DNA from: Dehalobacter restrictus DSM 9455
GTDB taxonomy: Bacteria > Bacillota > Desulfitobacteriia > Desulfitobacteriales > Syntrophobotulaceae
DNA: 32,000 nucleotides
Assembly: GCF_000512895.1 (NCBI RefSeq)
Contig: NZ_CP007033.1
Coordinates: 124,659 to 156,658, forward strand
Direction: 5' to 3'
Shown: piece by piece, positions 25,751 through 32,000 of the stretch
How positions within the stretch are numbered: position 1 is the first letter of the stretch
Layout of the letters: every line of letters begins with the position of its first letter
Program-made: the position numbers and the translations under genes
The notes under the pieces: model-generated
What the model saw: only the letters and a program-made list of their open reading frames with translations
Told to the model about the DNA's origin: nothing
The model's database searches: none

Positions 25751-26605
25751 CTATATCCATAACAGCAGTAGGTTTTTTTTGTACATGAAACTCATCCAGT
25801 AAATAATCCCGACAAACAGGCTGCCGCCGACAATATTTCCGAGCGTAACAGGAATAAGGTTATTCACAACAAACGTTCCCCAGTTAAGGTGAGCAAGTTT
25901 TTCAGGTGTTACACCGAGCGTTGCAGCCTGGGCCACCCAGGTTGGGTTGGCTTTGGCGAGAATGCCGGCAGGAATGTAATACATATTGGCTACACAGTGT
26001 TCAAAACCGGAAGTAATAAACAGCCAGATCGGGAAAAAGATAGCGAGGAGTTTACCGGTAATATCCTTGGCTGCATTCGCCATCCAAACGGCCATACAAA
26101 CCAGCCAGTTGCACAAGATCCCCATGAAGAAAGCTTTCGGGAAAGTCAGGCCCGTCTTGTATGCGGCGACTTTGATTGTAAACCCTCCGAGCAAACCTGC
26201 GGAAAAGTCAAACTGGCCGGAGTAAAGGATAAACAGGACGATAAGCATGGAACCAATAAAGTTCCCGACATAGACAATCGTCCAATTCCGCAGCATCTTT
26301 AGCCATCTTGATTCTTTTTCCATACAAGATACCACAATCAGGGTGTTTCCGGTGAATAATTCAGCTCCGGTGATAACCACCATCATCAGTCCTGTGGCAA
26401 ATAAAGCACCAGCGAGTGCTTTGCCTAAGCCAACAGAAGTGATGGTGTGAATGGCAGTATTAGAGCCTTCCGCCGCGAAGGCAATAAAGGCTCCTGCTAG
26501 GATTGCCAACAGCAGCAATTTCAATATAGAAGAATTCGTTTTATTCTTTCCATATTCTACAAATCCCTCAGTAATCTCTGAAGGAGTCTTAAACATTTTT
26601 TCCAT
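25751..26605 (-). CDS. focA: Formate/nitrite transporter (FNT) family channel, FocA-like
   Basis: A membrane protein with six or more hydrophobic segments and the FNT signatures GAELFTGN and SGFEHCVANMYYIP. The start could instead be the ATG at 26596. Confidence 0.88.
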   Translation of the reverse strand: MEKMFKTPSEITEGFVEYGKNKTNSSILKLLLLAILAGAFIAFAAEGSNTAIHTITSVGLGKALAGALFATGLMMVVITGAELFTGNTLIVVSCMEKESRWLKMLRNWTIVYVGNFIGSMLIVLFILYSGQFDFSAGLLGGFTIKVAAYKTGLTFPKAFFMGILCNWLVCMAVWMANAAKDITGKLLAIFFPIWLFITSGFEHCVANMYYIPAGILAKANPTWVAQAATLGVTPEKLAHLNWGTFVVNNLIPVTLGNIVGGSLFVGIIYWMSFMYKKNLLLLWI

Positions 26606-26645
26606 TTCTCCTACCCCTATTATAAGTGTATTTAGGCTGATTTAA

Positions 26646-26706
26646 AAGGTCATAAAGTTTAAAGGACGGTTACAAAGACTGAATGGCCTTTAAACCTTAT
26701 GACCTT
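26646..26706 (-). terminator. Long hairpin immediately after the metF stop (probable terminator)
   Basis: AAGGTCATAAAGTTTAAAGG / CCTTTAAACCTTATGACCTT pairs at 19 of 20 positions with a 21-nt loop. On the minus strand it is followed by TTTTAAAT. Confidence 0.5.
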
Positions 26707-28268
26707 TATTCTTTTTCTTCGAAATTTGTTCTAGGTTTAATGCCAAGTCTTTCCGCAGAGTGGTCCTGGCCTTCAAAAAAGTTTATCCAGCCTGAAGTAT
26801 GCTGTTTTTCCCAATTGTAAGGGCTCACATGATAGGAATTCAGCTTTTCTTCCTCAGAATAGCCTTTTAAGCGGTAATAGGCTTTGACCCAGATGCACTT
26901 CTGCTTGTCCGGATACACTTCACACCAGCCGTTGTAGCTTCCTTCACATGGGCCGTTCCGTTGGTTCTTGGGACAGTTGCCCATTGGACAGACGTAGGCT
27001 ACATCAATCAGCGCACAGTCACCACAGTCCTGGCAATTGTACATGCAGGATTTGGCAAAGTGCTCAATGCCGTGAAAAGGTTTTTCCAACGCAGAATCTT
27101 TTATGGCATGACAAAATCCACGCATAAAGCCGAACATTCCTTTGTTGGGTTCAAACATCATTTTGTGAACAACTCTGGACATCTTATAATTTAAATCAAA
27201 GCTCTTCTCATAATTGTTGTAGTCATTGGATTTTTGAGCAGTATTCAGGCCGGTCTTTTCATCTTTGGCGTAAACATAGAAACCGTTTTTCTGAGGATAG
27301 TCAAACTCCCGGACATAATCCTGCCAGTTGGCGGCCAGTTCGTTTCCGCGGTCAATAATATATTCAACTTGTTCGTACGTCGTATTATGCCCGCCGAGAT
27401 GAACGCCTTTGTATCCCATACCTTTCAAGATAGCAAAGAGTTTCGCTGCCCTATCGAGCATGGCGGCGGCACCCTTGTCACTGCTTTGTTTTTCCTGTTC
27501 CAGTTCAGCAACGAGCTTGTCCGTAATAACACATCCGGGGACTTTATTCATACTCATCGCTTTGGCAGCACCATAAGTCAGCAGGTAAATATTTCCCATT
27601 AAGCATCCGCGCAGGTTATTGTGCTTCACAAATTGATAGAGTTCGTGGTACTTCCTGACATCGTAGCCAACTTGGGGTATAATGAATTGAGCACCGTTCT
27701 CGATCTTCTTTCTGAGCTTGGTGTACTGGAGCATCTGTTCGGCTTCGGTGGCTTTAAAAGGTGAAACAGCAGCACCCGCAAAAAGATGGGTTGGCTGAAG
27801 TTTATTGACACCTTTAGCTGTGGGGAGTTCCAATCCGTCATTCATCTTGGCGATAAAGGCCAAGAGCTGAGTGGAATCAAGGTCAAAAACCGGTTTGGGC
27901 CGTCCGAAAAAATTACCCGGATCATGGTCGCCGGTCAGTACCAACAAGTTATGGAGCCCCGAACGTTCCAGGGAAAAAAGCTGGCTTTCCAGTTGCGTGC
28001 GGTTTTTGTCCTTGCAGGCAACGTGAATAATTGCATCGATGCCTAAACTTTTGATTTCCCTGCCAATGCCCTCAGGATTAATGCCGACACTTCCACCCGG
28101 GTTGTCAGTCAGACTAACAGCATGGATCTTTTTCCCTTTAGCAGCTTGTTCCGCCAATTGAAGCGCTTTTTCCTGAGAAACTTCTTTAGAGCCGCGGCCG
28201 GGTACGAGTTCCCATGTTACAATAAACTCATTGTTGTCCTGTATTGCTTTACGAAAAGTGTTCTCCAT
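26706..28268 (-). CDS. metF: Methylene-H4folate reductase fused to a C-terminal MetV-type Cys-rich domain (MetF-MetV fusion)
   Basis: The N-terminal ~300 aa form a MetF TIM barrel (VTWELVPGRG, SLTDNPGG, LVLTGD). The C-terminus CMYNCQDCGDCALIDVAYVCPMGNCPKNQRNGPCEGSYNGWCEV matches the MTHFR_C/MetV domain. The ATG at 28268 has AAGGGGGA 5 nt upstream. Confidence 0.85.
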   Translation of the reverse strand: MENTFRKAIQDNNEFIVTWELVPGRGSKEVSQEKALQLAEQAAKGKKIHAVSLTDNPGGSVGINPEGIGREIKSLGIDAIIHVACKDKNRTQLESQLFSLERSGLHNLLVLTGDHDPGNFFGRPKPVFDLDSTQLLAFIAKMNDGLELPTAKGVNKLQPTHLFAGAAVSPFKATEAEQMLQYTKLRKKIENGAQFIIPQVGYDVRKYHELYQFVKHNNLRGCLMGNIYLLTYGAAKAMSMNKVPGCVITDKLVAELEQEKQSSDKGAAAMLDRAAKLFAILKGMGYKGVHLGGHNTTYEQVEYIIDRGNELAANWQDYVREFDYPQKNGFYVYAKDEKTGLNTAQKSNDYNNYEKSFDLNYKMSRVVHKMMFEPNKGMFGFMRGFCHAIKDSALEKPFHGIEHFAKSCMYNCQDCGDCALIDVAYVCPMGNCPKNQRNGPCEGSYNGWCEVYPDKQKCIWVKAYYRLKGYSEEEKLNSYHVSPYNWEKQHTSGWINFFEGQDHSAERLGIKPRTNFEEKE

Positions 28269-28355
28269 AAGTATCCCCCTTTCCAATTATTCTCGAAAAT
28301 CTAACATGAAAATAAAAAATAAAGAAAATAAAAAGAGATAATTGCGTCCAAACAA

Positions 28356-28377
28356 TGTATACTATTGTATATACAGG
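28356..28377. promoter_or_regulatory. Candidate operator: TGTATA half-site (28356) plus TTGTATATACAGG (28365..28377)
   Basis: aTGTATActatTGTATATACAGGgg was read directly. The half-site and the palindrome are 10 bp apart. The operator lies 17 nt downstream of the predicted metF -10 hexamer. Confidence 0.6.
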
Positions 28378-28392
28378 GGTTTTGCTTACTTT

Positions 28393-28421
28393 AATATATC
28401 ATCCGAATTTTCAATAGTCAA
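28393..28421 (-). promoter_or_regulatory. Putative sigma-A promoter of metF
   Basis: The minus strand reads TTGACT (28421..28416), a 17-nt spacer, then TATATT (28398..28393). Confidence 0.45.
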
Positions 28422-28496
28422 TATATTTAAAAGACAAAAAATAAGAGATTTTTTAGAAAATAATTTCTATTTCGACAATAGCCTGAAACTACCGAC

Positions 28497-28526
28497 TTGT
28501 AATGAAGGAAAGTTACGTTTTATAAT
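28497..28526 (+). promoter_or_regulatory. Putative sigma-A promoter of the second RACo gene
   Basis: TTGTAA (28497..28502), an 18-nt spacer, then TATAAT (28521..28526), about 87 nt upstream of the ATG at 28613. Confidence 0.45.
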
Positions 28527-28612
28527 ATGATATGTTAGAATGATTTTTTGGAAAAAGACGGTTGTCCTTCGCTGAAAATGGCAGGTTTCATTATAACAGA
28601 AAGGAAAACAAT

Positions 28613-30406
28613 ATGATGAAAAAAGTTCTATTTCCAAACCAGAATAAAGAAATCTTATGCCAGGAGAATGATACGGTTGCTGTTGCCTGTTCAGGTCTTG
28701 GATATCCGCTTGATCTTGTATGCGGAGGAAAAGGTACATGTAAAAAATGCACAATTGAAATAGAAAGGGACGGCATACGGCAGGAAGTATTGGCGTGTCA
28801 GGAACCAGTAAGCGACGGCTTGATCGTTTATCTTAAATATGGAGACTACAAACATGAAGCCTCGATTTTAACGGACCGCATTGAAACAGAGCTGAACATC
28901 GATCCGCCGGTTAAAAAGATTTTTATTGATAAGAAGTTTCTAAAAACACCGTTCTATTACGGGGACTGGGAACATATTCAAGCCAAGGTTCCGGTCCGGA
29001 TTAATACGCCAGCTTTATGCCTTCTGCAAAAATTATCACAGCTGATGCAGAAACTGGAAATGGACGGCATTACTTTGGTCTTAAGAGACGAACAGCTGCT
29101 TGATATTGAGCAGGGCGACACCTCAGCCAGCAATTATGGATTTGCCGTTGACCTTGGGAGTACCTCTGTTGTGGCCTACTTATATGACCTTAATAGTGGC
29201 AAAAAAGTAGGGGTATATTCCGCCTTGAACGGTCAGATTACGGAAGGCGCGGATGTTATATCCCGTATCATGGCGGCGATGAAGAATTCTGAAGGGCTAA
29301 AAATTCTTCAGCGTAAAGTGGCAGAGACCATTAACGCTCTGATTCTGGAAGCGATACAGCAAAACCAGATCAGCGCCGAAAATATCTATACGATGGTGAT
29401 TTGCGGCAACAGTGCCATGCAGCACATCTTTTTAGGGTTGCATCCTGGATCGCTTGGCAGGACGCCTTACACCAATACGATTTTAAGTGAAGTGTTAACA
29501 ACAGCACGGGAGTTGAGCCTTAACATTCATCCCAATGCCATTATTGATTTTTTACCTTTGATCGGGGGCTTCGTCGGAGCGGACACTTTGGCTGTCCTGC
29601 TGGCTTTGCCTGAAGGGGAACGTCAAGGGAACAGATTGATTATTGACCTTGGAACAAACGGCGAAATTTTATTGGGGAACGAGAAGAAATGGCTGGCCAC
29701 ATCAACTGCTGCCGGACCGGCCCTTGAAGGAGCAACGATCCGCTTTGGAATGCGTGGAACAAACGGAGCCATCGAACGGGTAAAACTGTCGGAAGGTAAA
29801 ATTGAATTAAAAGTCATTGGCGGAGAACAGCCCAGAGGGATTTGTGGCTCCGGTATTGTTGATGCAGTTGCAGAAATGCTGAAAGCCGAGCTGATCAGTA
29901 AAGAAGGCAGATTGCTGTCTCCCGGCAAATATTTAAAAGTTTGTCGGCCGGAAAATCAAAGATTTGCCAATTATCTGGCAAATCTTGACGGGGTCAGCGT
30001 TTTCTACCTGATGGATGAGGGACAGTCCGGTGATAACGACCGAATTTACATCAGCCAAAAGGATATTCGTGCTGTACAGCTTGCCAAAAGCGCCATTTAT
30101 ACAGGATGCATGCTATTAATGAAAGAATATGGGCTGGAAGGAGAAGATCTTGAGGAAATTCTGATTGCCGGGGCCTTCGGCAACTATATTGACGCTCCAA
30201 GTGCTCAGGTACTCGGTTTGTTTCCCAATTTTTCGAATGTACCCATCCGGTCCATAGGCAATGCGGCAGGAGCCGGAGCATCGAATTTTCTACTGTCCAG
30301 AAATATACGGATAAATACTTTGATATTATTGGCAAAGATAACGCATTTTGACCTGGCGGCAAATCCTGCTTTTCAACAGGAATATCTGCAGAATACAGGT
30401 TTTTAA
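28613..30406 (+). CDS. Second RACo-type corrinoid reductive activase (2Fe-2S ferredoxin plus ASKHA ATPase)
   Basis: CGGKGTCKKC...LAC is a ferredoxin motif. AVDLGSTSVV and DLGTNGE are ASKHA motifs. The protein is collinear with the 8616..10550 protein but clearly divergent from it. The ATG at 28613 follows AAAGGAAAA. Confidence 0.85.
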   Translation: MMKKVLFPNQNKEILCQENDTVAVACSGLGYPLDLVCGGKGTCKKCTIEIERDGIRQEVLACQEPVSDGLIVYLKYGDYKHEASILTDRIETELNIDPPVKKIFIDKKFLKTPFYYGDWEHIQAKVPVRINTPALCLLQKLSQLMQKLEMDGITLVLRDEQLLDIEQGDTSASNYGFAVDLGSTSVVAYLYDLNSGKKVGVYSALNGQITEGADVISRIMAAMKNSEGLKILQRKVAETINALILEAIQQNQISAENIYTMVICGNSAMQHIFLGLHPGSLGRTPYTNTILSEVLTTARELSLNIHPNAIIDFLPLIGGFVGADTLAVLLALPEGERQGNRLIIDLGTNGEILLGNEKKWLATSTAAGPALEGATIRFGMRGTNGAIERVKLSEGKIELKVIGGEQPRGICGSGIVDAVAEMLKAELISKEGRLLSPGKYLKVCRPENQRFANYLANLDGVSVFYLMDEGQSGDNDRIYISQKDIRAVQLAKSAIYTGCMLLMKEYGLEGEDLEEILIAGAFGNYIDAPSAQVLGLFPNFSNVPIRSIGNAAGAGASNFLLSRNIRINTLILLAKITHFDLAANPAFQQEYLQNTGF

Positions 30407-30507
30407 AGAAAGTAAATAAATTAGTTGCTTAAAAAATATTGATGGATTTATTAATCTGTTCCTATGTATAATATATGATAACTAAATAATTGCCGAGGAG
30501 TAAGAAG

Positions 30508-31221
30508 ATGGAATTACCAATCTATCAACATATTATTGAAGAGATAAAGAAAAAAATTAAAGAGGGTGTTTTGAAACCGGGAGATGCGATCCCTTCAGAA
30601 AATTCATTATGCGATACCTATGGCGTGAGCCGGATGACGGTCCGTAAGGGTCTGGCAATCTTAGTGAATGAGGGATATATCACCTCTATCCCTGGCAAGG
30701 GTAGCTTTGTGAATGAGCCGGATTCCAAGAAATACATCTTATATTACAACGAGATGGCAAATCTGATTAACACCATCGATACAACCAAGCTGATTGAAGT
30801 TAAAATTATCCTGCCGACACCAAGACTCATTGACAGTCTGAATATACCCCAAAGCAAAAAAATAATTATGGTTAAACGGATCCATTACAGCAATGGAGAA
30901 GCAGTCGCATATGATGAAAAATACCTGATTTACTACAAGGGAATGCCTATCGTTGAAAAAGAAATCAAATACAGTACTTTCCCGGAAATTGTTTCTCGGT
31001 ATACTTCTCTGTTTGCGATTAAGAAAGAATTAACAATTTCTGCCCAAATGCCTGATGAAAAAATATCAAAATACCTGTCCCTGTACAATGCCCTCCCACT
31101 TTTGGTTGTTGAGCAAAGACTGTTTAATACACAGGATAAGCCAATCGGGCTGGGTATTACTTATTATCGAGGAGACAGCTGCAAGCTATCCGCATCCTGG
31201 CCGTTTACCGATATGGAATAG
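30508..31221 (+). CDS. GntR-family transcriptional regulator, HutC subfamily (N-terminal wHTH plus C-terminal UTRA effector domain)
   Basis: The LPSENSLCDTYGVSRMTVRKGLAILVNEGYITSIPGKGSFV wHTH motif, the ~237 aa length and the C-terminal pattern are typical of UTRA. GAGGAG lies 7 nt upstream of the ATG. Confidence 0.88.
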   Translation: MELPIYQHIIEEIKKKIKEGVLKPGDAIPSENSLCDTYGVSRMTVRKGLAILVNEGYITSIPGKGSFVNEPDSKKYILYYNEMANLINTIDTTKLIEVKIILPTPRLIDSLNIPQSKKIIMVKRIHYSNGEAVAYDEKYLIYYKGMPIVEKEIKYSTFPEIVSRYTSLFAIKKELTISAQMPDEKISKYLSLYNALPLLVVEQRLFNTQDKPIGLGITYYRGDSCKLSASWPFTDME

Positions 31222-31238
31222 ACCATTTAACATAATAA

Positions 31239-31279
31239 GACAGTTCGTCATCCATCCTGTCTCTAAACAAAACTAGGGA
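31239..31279 (+). promoter_or_regulatory. preQ1-I-like riboswitch aptamer
   Basis: GACAG-UUCGUCAUCCAUC-CUGUC-UCUAAACAAAACUAGGGA has a 5-bp P1 stem, a loop starting UUC, and an A-rich tail ending ACUAGG. Compare the known aptamers ...CCCUCUAUAAAAAACUAAGG and ...CCCAGUUAACAAAACAAGG. It lies upstream of a YhhQ-type preQ transporter. Confidence 0.5.
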
Positions 31280-31300
31280 AGCTATCGTCTGGTAGTTTTA

Positions 31301-31325
31301 GGGCAGTTACATGCCCTTTTTATTT
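31301..31325 (+). terminator. Candidate riboswitch expression-platform terminator
   Basis: GGGCA-GTTACA-TGCCC followed by TTTTTATTTT. The stem is short (5 bp). Confidence 0.4.
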
Positions 31326-31390
31326 TAACATCCATGGACGGCAAGGGGTGGCACACTTTTGGATCATTATTTATTATTAGGAGAAAAATA

Positions 31391-31939
31391 ATGTTGCTTA
31401 TTCTTTATTTAGCTGCCATCATTATTGCGAATATCATTACTGCAGCGCTGGCACCTTTGCAGGTAGGACCGTTTTTAATTCCTTACGGAAGCTGGCTGAT
31501 AGGGGTGACGCTGGTACTTAGGGACATTATCCAGCGCAAGTACGGGCGAAAAACTGCTTATCTGGCGATTACCACGGCTCTTGTCCTATCGGCTGTTTCC
31601 TCCAAACTTCTTGGAGATACTTTGACCATTACTTTGGCTTCAGCCATTTCCTTTTTGATCTCGGAATCGGCAGACACGGAAATTTATACGAGGCTTAAAG
31701 GCTCTTTCCTGCGTAAAGTGTTTGCGAGCGGGATTGTCAGCAGTTTTCTCGATAGTGTAGTCTTTATATTAATTGGTCTGTCCCCGCTTATTTCAGGCAT
31801 TCTGACCTGGGATTTTGTGCCGAATGCAGTACTGGGGCAGTTTGCTGTTAAGAGTCTGATGCAAGTGCTCGGAATAAGCATTCTGTTTATGATTAAGAAC
31901 CACTGGGAGGTTACCGTAAATGAAAAACAAGGAAACTGA
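31391..31939 (+). CDS. yhhQ: Queuosine-precursor transporter, VUT/YhhQ (DUF165) family
   Basis: A polytopic membrane protein with the FLISESADTEIYTRL motif typical of YhhQ/DUF165. The ATG at 31391 has AGGAG 8 nt upstream. The listed ORF start at 31334 lies in the leader. Confidence 0.75.
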   Translation: MLLILYLAAIIIANIITAALAPLQVGPFLIPYGSWLIGVTLVLRDIIQRKYGRKTAYLAITTALVLSAVSSKLLGDTLTITLASAISFLISESADTEIYTRLKGSFLRKVFASGIVSSFLDSVVFILIGLSPLISGILTWDFVPNAVLGQFAVKSLMQVLGISILFMIKNHWEVTVNEKQGN

Positions 31940-32000
31940 GGGCCTGTCACTTCTGGGATCGGGACAAACACGCTATGTTTTTGATTATGATTCGGACATA

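Noticed and set aside
6935-30406. Recoding signals (in-frame TAG for pyrrolysine, TGA for selenocysteine) in the methyltransferase and C1 genes
   Set aside because: All C1 genes are uninterrupted ORFs of normal length. No same-frame ORF pairs separated by a single stop were seen, and no MttB/MtmB-type or FDH genes are present.
1-32000. Mobile elements, CRISPR arrays, defence systems, rRNA/tRNA genes
   Set aside because: No transposase or integrase-like ORFs, no direct-repeat/spacer arrays, no long terminal inverted repeats and no tRNA-like cloverleaf regions were noticed. The island is flanked by housekeeping genes without obvious att-like repeats.

Overview
This window comes from a Bacillota chromosome, probably Clostridia or Peptococcaceae-like. 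That assignment is inferred only from gene order and protein families.

**Layout**
- **Left ~6.5 kb:** the conserved origin-proximal housekeeping block. It holds the 3' end of an Orn/Lys/Arg decarboxylase, then holB, yaaT/ricT, yabA, rsmI, abrB, metG and tatD.
- **~6.9 to ~30.4 kb:** a nearly complete Wood-Ljungdahl (reductive acetyl-CoA) gene island, almost all on the minus strand.
  - Carbonyl branch operon: cooS, cooC, cooC/acsF, acsD, acsC, acsE, acsB, RACo(acsV), cooT, DUF3786.
  - Next comes a two-gene unit: a second methyl-H4folate:corrinoid methyltransferase plus an amidohydrolase.
  - Methyl branch: folD, fchA, fhs, an FNT formate channel, and a fused MetF-MetV methylene-H4folate reductase.
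  - Scattered extras: an orphan corrinoid protein, a second RACo paralogue, and a HutC-type GntR regulator.
- **Right end:** a preQ1-I-like riboswitch with a terminator, in front of a YhhQ/VUT queuosine-precursor transporter.

I saw no formate dehydrogenase, rRNA, tRNA, CRISPR array or mobile element.

**Main unannotated signal**
- The perfect palindrome TGTATATACA (extended form TTGTATATACARG) occurs exactly three times by eye.
- All three copies are intergenic and all lie at predicted promoters of C1-pathway units: cooS-acs, the methyltransferase/amidohydrolase pair, and metF/RACo2.
- Extra TGTATA half-sites are phased at 10 bp next to two of the copies.
- The motif fits the GT-N-TA-N-AC operator type of HutC-subfamily GntR regulators, and such a regulator is encoded in the island.
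- I therefore propose a dedicated, apparently undescribed repressor/operator circuit for the Wood-Ljungdahl genes.

**Secondary points**
- A dispersed corrinoid methyl-transfer module lacks a recognisable substrate methyltransferase.
- MetF and MetV are fused and have no electron-carrier partner genes nearby.
- Formate appears to be handled by a channel rather than a dehydrogenase.
- rsmI carries a 1-nt frameshift at an A6 run.
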